62,641 nucleotides of DNA, filler included, from Candidatus Desantisbacteria bacterium CG1_02_49_89 (GCA_001871075.1; 5 parts of 5 records of this genome joined end to end with filler, not necessarily neighbours in it); one strand, 5' to 3'; shown: positions 29,044 through 38,266, counted from the first letter of the whole stretch. Notes: generated from the letters alone by a model not told the origin. Numbers and translations are program-made.

Positions 29044-30348
29044 TCAGAAACAGCATGCCGGGACAAAAGCAATTTCGGTTGATCCGCGCTTTTCTAAACC
29101 CCGGTAATTCTTCGTGAGAATAATTCCCTTAGCGGGATCGTATGAACTGATAAAACTTGCGTAACTCCTGGATATCTTTGCGCCTTCAAACCTGGAAAAT
29201 TTAACCTCCACGGGGATCTCTTTTCCTTTTAAATGGAAGATAAAATCCACCTCAGCCCCTGCTTTCGTCCTCCAGAAGTTTATCCTGTCGCCGTCCCTGC
29301 GCAGTCCGTTCAGCCTTATAAATACCGCGTTCTCCACGACCGCGCCGCTGTCAGGGCGTTTTTCCAGCCCGTTCATATTCTCCATAAGGTTATTCCTGAA
29401 ACCCGGGTCAAGAAAAAATATTTTCGGGTTCTTCGTAAGCTCTTTCTGCCTGTTTCTGAAAAAGGGCCTTATTTCCCCGGTGATAAAAGTTTCCTGGAGG
29501 ATATTCAGGTGCTTCTTCAGCTGGCGGTAATCCAGCCCCGTTGCCTGGCTGAGCCCCTGATAGCTCACAAGGCTGCCTGCCTGCGCTGCCAGGATCCGGG
29601 AAAGCGAGAGGAGCTCTTTCTCGGTGGCCAGTTCCAGCAGTCCCTTGATGTCCCTGAGAATATAATTGCTGTAAAGGTCGTTAAGGACCTTGTGCCGCTC
29701 GTTTCTGTCAGCGCACAGGACCACGGCGGGATAACCTCCCCATACGCAGAATTCTTCGTAATGGCTGTTCAGCTCGCCGGCAAACGCGTCTTCGCCTTTT
29801 TCACGCGCTGCCTGCCTGTCCTCAAACAGCCAGACAAGAACCTCCGCACTCTTCTGCCGGTATATCCGTTCCGCGCGCGCGTCTTTCGCGCGCAGGAATT
29901 CGCCGAAACTGAAAGGATAGATGTTGAATGCCAGGATGCGCCCGACCATGTACTTGCCGACCTGCGCTTTTATGTCAAGCGAGGATGAACCGGTTATAAT
30001 GATCTTTATGTCCTTCATCGTGTCATATATCAGCTTCAGTTTCTGCCCGCCCTCTTCAGCATACTGAAATTCATCTATCATCAGGTACTGGATCTTACCC
30101 GGGACCAGAGGACAGTATGAACGGACAAATGAAACCGGTTCGGCCTCAAACTGAATAAGGAGCTTCCTGTCTTCAAAAGTCACGTTATGCACCGCGCCTT
30201 TGTCGGCCTTAAGGTTATTCACAAGGCAGTCTTTGAGCAGTCCCAGAAATGTTGTCTTGCCTGTCTGCCTGGGCCCGGTTATTGATATATATTCCTGCCT
30301 GTTAAGAAATGGCTTTATCTTTTCTAGCAGGTCCCTTTGAATTATCAT
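29044..30348 (-). CDS. AAA_14 ATPase with C-terminal DUF4143 (PD-(D/E)XK-like) domain
   Basis: GPRQTGKTT, IDEFQ, TGSSS, GGYP, KIFFLDPG, EVDF..PVEVK. Confidence 0.92.
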   Translation of the reverse strand: MIIQRDLLEKIKPFLNRQEYISITGPRQTGKTTFLGLLKDCLVNNLKADKGAVHNVTFEDRKLLIQFEAEPVSFVRSYCPLVPGKIQYLMIDEFQYAEEGGQKLKLIYDTMKDIKIIITGSSSLDIKAQVGKYMVGRILAFNIYPFSFGEFLRAKDARAERIYRQKSAEVLVWLFEDRQAAREKGEDAFAGELNSHYEEFCVWGGYPAVVLCADRNERHKVLNDLYSNYILRDIKGLLELATEKELLSLSRILAAQAGSLVSYQGLSQATGLDYRQLKKHLNILQETFITGEIRPFFRNRQKELTKNPKIFFLDPGFRNNLMENMNGLEKRPDSGAVVENAVFIRLNGLRRDGDRINFWRTKAGAEVDFIFHLKGKEIPVEVKFSRFEGAKISRSYASFISSYDPAKGIILTKNYRGLEKRGSTEIAFVPACCF

Positions 30349-30599
30349 TTATACCTCACTTTTAATGCAATTATTACAATTATAGTATACCTAATTTTGC
30401 AATAAAGTCAAGGAAAAAACCCAATTTTCAAACTTAGAGACGAAGATCCCAGCAGCTTAATCCCGATTTATCGGGATTAGCAGGGGCCAAGGAAAAAGTG
30501 AAAAACCTCTCCCACCTACGAGGTGGAACAGGTCTCGTCTTTAGCCGCGGGCCCCTGCCGGCTGGAAAAATAGAACCGTCCCCCTTTTTCCTAATCATT

Positions 30600-30785
30600 C
30601 TATGATCTTTTACGGCTAAATAGTCTGATAACGGCAGAAACAACAAACCAGATGCCGAAAACAAACGTCATCGTGAAAAATACCGATTCTTCAACCTTCC
30701 AGATACCGTATATGACGTTATGCAGAACAGCGCAAGCCGCAGCCACGGCCAGAAACCAAAAGGGATTTTTGATTCTTTTCAGCAT
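30600..30785 (-). CDS. Small two-TM membrane protein
   Basis: AAGGA RBS; two hydrophobic helices around LHNVIYG..EESVFF. Confidence 0.6.
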   Translation of the reverse strand: MLKRIKNPFWFLAVAAACAVLHNVIYGIWKVEESVFFTMTFVFGIWFVVSAVIRLFSRKRS

Positions 30786-30920
30786 TGCGGTTCATATCCT
30801 TTATTTACTATTGTAGATAGTGAAATGTCAAGACCTGACCCCAGCTACTTACGACGGTATTTAAAGAATTAAGTAATGTGTCCCCGGAATTACACGTTAC
30901 CCCTTTTTATTCTATAGTTT

Positions 30921-30944
30921 AAAAAAACCCGCTTTTAGCGGGTT
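30921..30944 (-). terminator. Intrinsic terminator after HEPN gene
   Basis: AACCCGCT-AAA-AGCGGGTT followed by T-run on minus strand. Confidence 0.7.
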
Positions 30945-31001
30945 GAAATTTTCTTATAACTCTTTTATCCTTGGGCCTGGTATATTATCTCCGCTTTAAG
31001 G

Positions 31002-31334
31002 CTATTTTTTAACCTCATTTAGATTTCTCTTTAAGCCGCTGATTTCCGTTTCAACTACCTTCCAGGCAAGCTCCAGGTCTATGCCGAAATATTCATGGAT
31101 GAGGATGTCCCTCATTCCGGCGATCCGCTTCCAGGGAATGCCCGCGTATTTATCCTTTATATCGCCGGGAAGGTTTTTCGCGGCTTCCCCGATAATCTCG
31201 ATCCTGCGTATAACGGCATCCTGCAGCTGTTTTGACGCCAGGAAATCAGCTTTTGATTTTCCTTTTGTGTATTCTTCGATAAGCTCTATGCACTCAAGTA
31301 TGTGTTTAATAAAAACCTGCGCGTCCTTTTTCAT
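31002..31334 (-). CDS. HepT-like DUF86 HEPN ribonuclease toxin
   Basis: EIIGEAAK..IPWKRIAGMRDILIHEYFG (R-x4-H). Confidence 0.92.
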   Translation of the reverse strand: MKKDAQVFIKHILECIELIEEYTKGKSKADFLASKQLQDAVIRRIEIIGEAAKNLPGDIKDKYAGIPWKRIAGMRDILIHEYFGIDLELAWKVVETEISGLKRNLNEVKK

Positions 31335-31612
31335 AAAATAACTCTCTGTTCCCTTAAGATCCTGTCCCTGAGAAGCGGGTAAAGGGAGTTGTAGGTAAGA
31401 ACGTCGACTTTTCTTTTTAATGTCTCTTCAAGCTCGATTTTAAGCCCTGAAAGGTCGAGCAGGCTTTTACTGCCTTTAAATTCCACAAGAAGGTCTATAT
31501 CGCTTTTTTTAGTTGCCCTGCCGTTTACAACGGACCCGAAAAGAGAAGCTCTTTTTACATCGTTCTTTATAAGAATAGGTACAATTTTATTTTTAATCTC
31601 CTCGAAGCTCAT
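31331..31612 (-). CDS. MntA-like minimal nucleotidyltransferase antitoxin
   Basis: LFGSVVNG..SDIDLLVEF..KVDVLT; ATGA overlap with HEPN. Confidence 0.92.
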   Translation of the reverse strand: MSFEEIKNKIVPILIKNDVKRASLFGSVVNGRATKKSDIDLLVEFKGSKSLLDLSGLKIELEETLKRKVDVLTYNSLYPLLRDRILREQRVIL

Positions 31613-31659
31613 TTTATCTCCTGATTATTCCGTCTAATTCAACTTTTTTGAACATAAAC

Positions 31660-31688
31660 ATTATACCATATTTAGCCTGAAAAGTCAA
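31660..31688 (-). promoter_or_regulatory. Sigma70 promoter of MNT-HEPN
   Basis: TTGACT-17-TATAAT with TG extension; near-identical to 33210-33238. Confidence 0.75.
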
Positions 31689-31725
31689 ATCGCCCGTTAA
31701 CCGTTTATTAAGGGGGACGGTTCTA

Positions 31726-32421
31726 TTATTCCGGCACCAAAGACTTCCTGGGCCGTCCTCTTCCCTTAAACTTATCGGTTACCCCGAACAATTCCTCCAT
31801 CTGCGCGGTGAATTCTGTGTTGCCGTAGAAATACCTTCTTGTAACAGAAGGATCGCTTTCCCTTTTCCAGCTTTCTTTTGAAAGCACGAAATCCCGGTAC
31901 AGCTCCTTCCTTATCTTAAGATCATTCGAGAGCCCTTCATAAGCCGGCTGGGGATCCAGCAGCTTATTGACGCTGTCCTGGGTATAGAACCTGTAACTGC
32001 TCCAAAGATAGTCTTCCGGCTTCTGCGCCATCCCTGCCCTTACAGGATTTAATTCAATGTACGCGGCGCACTCAAGCAGATACTCGTCTTTGCTTATAAG
32101 TATGCTCTTAAACCTGTCCTGCCAGAAATGGCCGAAGTGCTTGTACTTCTTCTTGTAATACTGGGCGTATGACAGGTTCAAAAGCTTCATTGCTTCAGAA
32201 AGGCTTGCCTGGCTGTCCGTTATTTCAATGATCAGGTGGACGTGGTTGTCCATCAGGACGTAGTGGTACAGCAGGAACTTGAAGCGGTCTTTGCACATTT
32301 CCAGGACTTCCAGGTATTCAAGAAAATCCCTTTCATCGTGGAATACGTTAACCTTATTGTTGCCTCTTGTGATTATATGGTAAACGCCCTCATGGTTGAA
32401 TATCCGAGCTGCTCTTGGCAT
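31726..32421 (-). CDS. REP-associated tyrosine transposase (RAYT-like, Y1 HUH superfamily)
   Basis: YHIITRGNNK, YVLMDNHVHL (HUH), FWQDRFKS, YIELNPVRAGM, YLWSSY, GRPRK tail. Confidence 0.92.
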   Translation of the reverse strand: MPRAARIFNHEGVYHIITRGNNKVNVFHDERDFLEYLEVLEMCKDRFKFLLYHYVLMDNHVHLIIEITDSQASLSEAMKLLNLSYAQYYKKKYKHFGHFWQDRFKSILISKDEYLLECAAYIELNPVRAGMAQKPEDYLWSSYRFYTQDSVNKLLDPQPAYEGLSNDLKIRKELYRDFVLSKESWKRESDPSVTRRYFYGNTEFTAQMEELFGVTDKFKGRGRPRKSLVPE

Positions 32422-32570
32422 CCAGATTCCTCTTAATTATTGCTGATTTTCGCTGATTTTATCTTTAATAATCACTGTCCATAAAGGATCCCTGCGTCTT
32501 GCTTTCAAGAAAAAGCAGCAGGGATAATCATCTTTAAAAGAAATAATGGAACCGTCCCCCTTTTTAAATA

Positions 32571-32597
32571 AAAAGCCGTCATTTATTTGACGGCTTT
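32571..32597 (-). terminator. Intrinsic terminator after hicA
   Basis: AAAGCCGTCA-loop-TGACGGCTTT plus T-run. Confidence 0.7.
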
Positions 32598-32619
32598 AGA
32601 ATTAAAAACGTTCATTAAT

Positions 32620-32859
32620 CTATAACTTACCTTTTCTCTTTATTCTGAGAAATTCCCGGATAGAAAGATGCGCCCTTTTGATCTGCGCGCGCAGCAAGCC
32701 GGGCGCCACCTCACCGTGATCGGGTATAACAAGAATAGGATAACCTTCTCTGTCGTTCACAAGAATAATATGGCTTCCTTCCTGCCTGGCAGCGTAATAC
32801 CCTATCTTCTGGAAAATTTTTACAGCTTCTCTGCCGGAAATATTGCCAAGAGTGCCCAT
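32620..32859 (-). CDS. hicA: HicA-family toxin
   Basis: ISGREAVKIFQKIGY..RQEGSHIIL..IPDH..GLLRAQIK. Confidence 0.88.
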   Translation of the reverse strand: MGTLGNISGREAVKIFQKIGYYAARQEGSHIILVNDREGYPILVIPDHGEVAPGLLRAQIKRAHLSIREFLRIKRKGKL

Positions 32860-33090
32860 TTAAACTCCGGCGGTAACAGGAACATTAATGTAGGTTGTTT
32901 TGATCTCCTCAACCGGTATGCGGCGGTGTTTTTTTCTTGCGACCTTTAAATATCCTGAAACGGCTTCCCTGATATTATCCAGCGCTTCCTCTTTCGTCTT
33001 GCCCTGAGACATGCATCCGGGAAGCATTGGAACCCCGGCGACGTATCCGCCGTATTCAATATCATACTCCAGTTCAACCTTGAATTTCAT
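32860..33090 (-). CDS. hicB: HicB-family antitoxin (short, no DNA-binding domain)
   Basis: GGYVAGVPMLPGCMSQGKTKEEALDNIREA. Confidence 0.9.
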   Translation of the reverse strand: MKFKVELEYDIEYGGYVAGVPMLPGCMSQGKTKEEALDNIREAVSGYLKVARKKHRRIPVEEIKTTYINVPVTAGV

Positions 33091-33209
33091 TCCAGCGCTC
33101 CTTTTAGATCAAATGTACTATCTCGGAATTCCCCCTGCCTTAACCCTCTGCATTAATGGGAGAGGGATGGGTGAGGGTGAGTTTTGTGACATCCTGTTTT
33201 ATTTGCTTA

Positions 33210-33238
33210 ATTATACCATATTTCAGCTTAAAAGTCAA
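33210..33238 (-). promoter_or_regulatory. Sigma70 promoter of hicBA
   Basis: TTGACT-17-TATAAT. Confidence 0.75.
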
Positions 33239-33315
33239 CTATACTGGAAATAATAGAACCGTCCCCCTTTTTGGGTATTAATAGGTGACACCCTAGCTTT
33301 TGCTTACGCAGAGAT

Positions 33316-34341
33316 CTATTGTTTCTCCAGACCCTTGCTCATATATTCTTTCATCTTCAGACGCGCCTGGCCTATCCTTTTGAACTTTTTAACAAGCACG
33401 ACGTCTATGCCGAAAGCAAGGCGGACGGGTTCCAGCAATGCCAGGAACTCTCCATTAGTGACAAACACCTTTTCAGGCATGGATTTTACTTCCCGGATTA
33501 TCTCAAGGAATTGCCTGGTGAACTCGTTTTCGTATTCCTTTGACGGGTGCAAAAGGTGGGTCTTCAGGATAAAGTCCGCGCCGGAGTCCATCCACAAGAA
33601 GATGCGGCCGTAAAAGGGCCTGTTAGTCCCATCCTTTACAGGAACAGGGGAATAGAAGCTGTGGACTTCCCATGTCCCCTTCTTCGCGCCTATATCCTGT
33701 TTGATCCTGCCAGCCTCTTCCCTGTCAAGGGGCTTGGCAGACAGTGCTGCGCGATCCTCAGCCGGGGGTGTAAACCACCGGTCTGTCCATGTTACGCCGC
33801 TGTCTTCCCTTTGAGACATTCTTGCAAAGAATTCGCCTGGTTCCGGGGGACTGAACATGCGGGGGTTAGCTTTAAAACGAGGGTATACCTCCATTACCTG
33901 ACTGAGCGCAAGGCTCATATACCTTGCCTGCTCACCGGTTAAGTGCCAGGGGAAGTAGCCGGGCAGGTAGCTCCTGATGAGCGGGCAGAGCTGAGATTCG
34001 TTAAGATGAAAGCCAAGGGAGTCAAGCAGCTTAAGATCCTCGCCTGGCAAGCAGCTTCTGCGCTCAAAGGTCAGGTTCAAGGTCTTCTGGACATGCATGA
34101 GGTCAGGATCCTCAGGGTCAAACCTTTCCCTGAATATCCTTAAGTACGCCTTCAAGCCCTCTGTCCCGAGGTATACGACAAGGCCGTATTCATTCCTGGC
34201 GTTGCCCAATACGCAGCAGTAGCCCATCTGGCCGGTCTGCGGGTCCTGGATTCCGAACAGGTCAGAATCTGTCATACATTTCCAGGGCGCAAGGTCCCTG
34301 AATTTAAGGCTTAACTTGTATAATTCCTTCTGGTCTTCCAC
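33316..34341 (-). CDS. Conserved hypothetical protein
   Basis: AAGGAG RBS; APW..D.DLFG..DP..YCCVLG..GL..YLG N-terminal motif and PGYFPW. Confidence 0.75.
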   Translation of the reverse strand: MEDQKELYKLSLKFRDLAPWKCMTDSDLFGIQDPQTGQMGYCCVLGNARNEYGLVVYLGTEGLKAYLRIFRERFDPEDPDLMHVQKTLNLTFERRSCLPGEDLKLLDSLGFHLNESQLCPLIRSYLPGYFPWHLTGEQARYMSLALSQVMEVYPRFKANPRMFSPPEPGEFFARMSQREDSGVTWTDRWFTPPAEDRAALSAKPLDREEAGRIKQDIGAKKGTWEVHSFYSPVPVKDGTNRPFYGRIFLWMDSGADFILKTHLLHPSKEYENEFTRQFLEIIREVKSMPEKVFVTNGEFLALLEPVRLAFGIDVVLVKKFKRIGQARLKMKEYMSKGLEKQ

Positions 34342-34451
34342 AAATTCTCCTTATTTCATAAAAAACAGTCTTTGTCAAATTTAGCCGTTTCCCAGGTAAT
34401 TAAGTATTGTGTCCCCGGAATTAGTTCCTGGTCACTGGATACTGTTTCTAA

Positions 34452-34997
34452 TCACCTGTATTCATAAAAAGTGCATGTGTATTCCAGGCTGGCCTTCTCG
34501 TCCGGCTTCAGGGTCTTCGTCCATTCCACGCAGGAGATGGGATTTATTGACTGGTAATACCCGTAATAACTCCACCAGCCCCCGTAATAGTCCCTGCGCA
34601 CCCCTTCCCACAGCTTCTTTATAAGGTTCTCCCATCCCTGTGCAGACGCTTCGCTCCTGCCCCCGGAAGACACCTCCGCGACCTTGCCCAGCACGTGCCT
34701 TTTGACGGTTACGCTTACATCCGTCTTTTTCTTGTTCGTCACCAGGATCGTCCCCTTCACGGTCACCATATCCCAGGACCTGCCCATCGAGGTGATGGCG
34801 TTGTTCTGGCGGCTTGCCTCTATCTCGTTTATGGTGCTGAGGATGTCGCTTGCGATGGTCACCGGCATTATTGTGCGGCCCCTGGGCGGGGAGTAGTCTA
34901 TCTTTTCCTGCACAAGCATCTGCCCCTGCTTGAATATGGTTGCCGGGGCAGTGGTAATGGGCTCTGCCGTCTGGTTCATTACCACTAACTTGTGCCA
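34452..34997 (-). CDS. DUF4139-like protein, C-terminal part (5'-truncated)
   Basis: N.T..PITTAPATIF..Y.P.G..VEWTKTLKPDEKASLEY. Confidence 0.65.
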   Translation of the reverse strand, partial: WHKLVVMNQTAEPITTAPATIFKQGQMLVQEKIDYSPPRGRTIMPVTIASDILSTINEIEASRQNNAITSMGRSWDMVTVKGTILVTNKKKTDVSVTVKRHVLGKVAEVSSGGRSEASAQGWENLIKKLWEGVRRDYYGGWWSYYGYYQSINPISCVEWTKTLKPDEKASLEYTCTFYEYR

Positions 34998-35097
34998 NNN
35001 NNNNNNNNNNNNNNNNNNNNNNNNNNNNNNNNNNNNNNNNNTTAATTAATTAANNNNNNNNNNNNNNNNNNNNNNNNNNNNNNNNNNNNNNNNNNNN
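34998..35097. other. Artificial contig linker
   Basis: N/TTAATTAATTAA/N. Confidence 0.98.
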
Positions 35098-35349
35098 ACT
35101 CCTTCCGAAATTCCCTTATCGGGGTTCGCTGAATCAAGCTTCGTCGGTCAGTTTCGGCTTTCCTCCTTATCGCAATCGGGAATTTGCAGCTGCGCCTGCG
35201 CTTAGGTCTGCTGCGCAAAGGCCCTTATTATATACTCATTGTATTTATTGTATTATACGACAACATTTGGAGAAGACCCAAGGTTCTTTATAGGCAGGGG
35301 CGGTTCTATTTTCCTTAATTTTGACTGTATGTTGAAAAGGAGTTGACCG

Positions 35350-36357
35350 ATGAAAAATAAAGAAAATAAATCTGATTTAATAATCTATCAGACTGAAGAC
35401 GGAAAAATTAAAATTGATGTTCGTTTTCAAAATGAGACGGTCTGGCTGACCCAGCAGCTGATGGCAGAACTGTTTCAGACTACCAAGCAGAACATCAGCC
35501 TCCATGTTCAAAATATTTACGAGGAAGGAGAACTAATGCCTAAGGCAACTGTCAAGGAATTCTTGACAGTTCAAATAGAAGGCACAAGGCCGGTCGAAAG
35601 AAAAATTGATTATTATAATCTTGATGTCATTATCTCAGTCGGTTATCGGGTGAAGTCGTTGCGCGGGACACAGTTCCGTATTTGGGCCACACAGCGGTTG
35701 AAAGAATATATCGTTAAAGGGTTTACGCTGGATGATGAGCGGCTCAAGCAGGGCGGCCAGAAAGCGCGGTATTTCCAGGAACTTTTGCAGCGTATCCGCG
35801 ATATACGCAGCAGTGAGCGCAATTTTTACCAGAAAGTTACCGATATTTACGCCACCAGCATTGATTACCGCGAAGACAACGAGTTAACCAAAGAATTTTT
35901 CGCGACCGTGCAGAATAAAATGCACTACGCCGTTCACGGCCATACTGCCGCTGAGATAATCATAAAACGCGCGGATAGCGGGAAACCGCTGATGGGGCTT
36001 ACAAGTTTTAAGGGTAATTACATTACAGCGCAGGATACCAGGGTTGCTAAAAATTATCTTACCGAAAATGAACTGAAACAGCTTAATTTGATCGTGTCGC
36101 TGTACCTGGACTTCGCGGAACTGCAGGCAACCAACGGCAGATTGATGAAAATGGCGGATTGGATAGCGAAACTTGATGAATTCTTGAAGTTAAGCGAACG
36201 AAAGCTTTTGGCTAACGCCGGAAGCATAAGCGCCGAACAAGCCGCCCAAAAGTCTGAAGAAGAATTCGAAAAATACAGAAAAGGAAGAGATAAGAATTAT
36301 ATTAGTGATTTTGACAAGATTGTTAAAAAGATTGGGGATGGAAGAAAGAAGAAATAA
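35350..36357 (+). CDS. RhuM-family protein
   Basis: ETVWLTQQLMAELFQ, YNLDVIISVGYRVKS, FRIWAT, IRSSE. Confidence 0.92.
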   Translation: MKNKENKSDLIIYQTEDGKIKIDVRFQNETVWLTQQLMAELFQTTKQNISLHVQNIYEEGELMPKATVKEFLTVQIEGTRPVERKIDYYNLDVIISVGYRVKSLRGTQFRIWATQRLKEYIVKGFTLDDERLKQGGQKARYFQELLQRIRDIRSSERNFYQKVTDIYATSIDYREDNELTKEFFATVQNKMHYAVHGHTAAEIIIKRADSGKPLMGLTSFKGNYITAQDTRVAKNYLTENELKQLNLIVSLYLDFAELQATNGRLMKMADWIAKLDEFLKLSERKLLANAGSISAEQAAQKSEEEFEKYRKGRDKNYISDFDKIVKKIGDGRKKK

Positions 36358-36476
36358 AGGGGACGGGTTCATTTGATTAAAAGGTTCAAAGAAAGAAACG
36401 TTCTTAAAAGCAAAAGGTTCTTTATAGGCAGGGATGGTTCTATTTTTCTATTTAATTCACAAGGAGAGGATAAACA

Positions 36477-36974
36477 ATGAAAGCAATAATCCCGCAGGAA
36501 ATAATTGAAAAAAAGGTCTTATTGATCCGCGGACACAAGGTAATGCTGGATAGGGATTTAGCTGAATTATATGGAGTAGAAACAAAGCAACTAACCCGGC
36601 AGGTCCGCAGAAATATAGATAGATTCCCTACTGATTTTATGTTTCAGCTTACAAGGGAAGAATTTACAAACTTGAAGTGCCATTTTGGCACCTCAAGTTG
36701 GGGTGGCATTAGATATCTACCTTATGTTTTTACCGAGAACGGCGTGGCCATGCTTTCCTCGGTGTTAAGCAGTAAAAGAGCAATACAGGTCAATATTGCT
36801 ATTATGCGTGTTTTTACCAGATTGAGAAAAATTCTCTCCACCCACACAAGGGTTGCCTATAAATTAAAAGAGCTCGAAAGAAAAATAGAAAAACACGATG
36901 AAGATATAACGGCGATTTTCGAGGCAATCCGCCAAATAATGATAGTGGAAGAAAAGCCGAAAAAGCAAACATGA
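36477..36974 (+). CDS. ORF6N-domain protein
   Basis: IRGHKVMLDRDLAELYGVET, RNIDRFPTDFMFQL, FTENGVAMLSSVL. Confidence 0.92.
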   Translation: MKAIIPQEIIEKKVLLIRGHKVMLDRDLAELYGVETKQLTRQVRRNIDRFPTDFMFQLTREEFTNLKCHFGTSSWGGIRYLPYVFTENGVAMLSSVLSSKRAIQVNIAIMRVFTRLRKILSTHTRVAYKLKELERKIEKHDEDITAIFEAIRQIMIVEEKPKKQT

Positions 36975-37105
36975 GAAAATTCGGAATTTCCGAATTTTCT
37001 AAAATCGGGGACGGTTCTAATTAATTTAGCAAAAATATGATTTAACCCCCCGCGGCTTGCCGCGGGGTAATTCAAAGCTAAGGTGTAATACAAGAGGGAA
37101 TAAGA

Positions 37106-38266
37106 ATGGCTGAGCAGGTAGGTTATGAACCGGAAGAGCTGATCCAACACGCGGTTATTCATTTCAAGAAGCGGCGTTATGCCACAGCCCAGCTGTTCTG
37201 GTGTGTTGCTCTTGAGAACTATATCAGGAAAAAGTTCATAGGGATAAAAAGGAAGGAGCCGGAAGACGATGACACGATAGGTTCTATGTTAAAGCAGATC
37301 AAAGAGGTAAGGGGCCCCGGTGACTGGTACTCGAAAAATCAGGATATGCTCTGGAATTTCGTCAGGAAAAGAAATGATATAACGCACAGGTCGTTTATTT
37401 CAGAAGAGAAGGAACTGAAAAGCCTGCTCGAAGGCCTTGTGGCGTTAATAAGCGGAAAGACCGAAGAATTAGACGATATAATAAAAAGGGTTGATCCTGA
37501 ACTGACTACAAGGCTTGGGCTTAAGTTCCATGACCGCACAGAGCCGGACAAGGAGCTGCTTAAGAAGCTCGAGACTATTTCTGCCGATGATTTTAACAGG
37601 GATGATTACGCGTTTTCATTGATCATATGGAGATTAAAGGAAATAATTGACAATATACTGAAAAACAAGGCTTCGGAAGACAGGAATTTCAAGGGTTTGA
37701 CAACAGGCCTGGTTTCCGAGTTCACGGTCAGCAGCGACTGGATATGGCTTCCAGTGGGTTTTGGCATAGAAAAGGAGAACAAGAGGGTAAAGAAGCCGAT
37801 CATCAGTGTTATGCTGATCCGCAACAGGACCGCCAGGGTCTACCTTGACTTTGGCACAGAGGCAACGCCTTACAGGCGCAAATACTACAGCCTTTTGCAG
37901 AGTGACCCGGCTTTCAAGGATATGTTCAGGGAATTATGCGATAATTGCCCTGATATTACCGAGTTTTTCAACGTGGAGCATTACACGGTCATCCTGGAGC
38001 AGGAGAAGATACCTATAGGAAAATGGCTTAAGGGTGATCCGGCTTGCTGCGAAAGCGTGAGCAGGTGCATAAGAAAGGCAAGGGCGATCCTGGATGGCCT
38101 GGAAAGCCAGAAAAGGAACGAATGGCGCGACAACGTCCTGCTTTTCGGCAGGAAATTCAACCAGGACTATTTCACCCAGCCGCGCGAAATCGAATCTTTT
38201 GCTTCCGATATAATCAATGTTATCGAGTTGCTCCTTCCATTTCTGAAAGCAATTGAAGCTAATTAG
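37106..38266 (+). CDS. Hypothetical protein with N-terminal HEPN-like domain
   Basis: A..W.VALE..RKRNDITH (R-x4-H) helical N-terminus; C-terminus unrecognised. Confidence 0.65.
   Translation: MAEQVGYEPEELIQHAVIHFKKRRYATAQLFWCVALENYIRKKFIGIKRKEPEDDDTIGSMLKQIKEVRGPGDWYSKNQDMLWNFVRKRNDITHRSFISEEKELKSLLEGLVALISGKTEELDDIIKRVDPELTTRLGLKFHDRTEPDKELLKKLETISADDFNRDDYAFSLIIWRLKEIIDNILKNKASEDRNFKGLTTGLVSEFTVSSDWIWLPVGFGIEKENKRVKKPIISVMLIRNRTARVYLDFGTEATPYRRKYYSLLQSDPAFKDMFRELCDNCPDITEFFNVEHYTVILEQEKIPIGKWLKGDPACCESVSRCIRKARAILDGLESQKRNEWRDNVLLFGRKFNQDYFTQPREIESFASDIINVIELLLPFLKAIEAN

Noticed and set aside
25851-34422. Classical integron
   Set aside because: No tyrosine recombinase in the window and no convincing RYYYAAC..GTTRRRY attC hairpins between the genes
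7592-35097. Four identical TTAATTAATTAA motifs in N-runs, and gene linkage across them
   Set aside because: Artificial six-frame-stop linkers; adjacency between contigs carries no information
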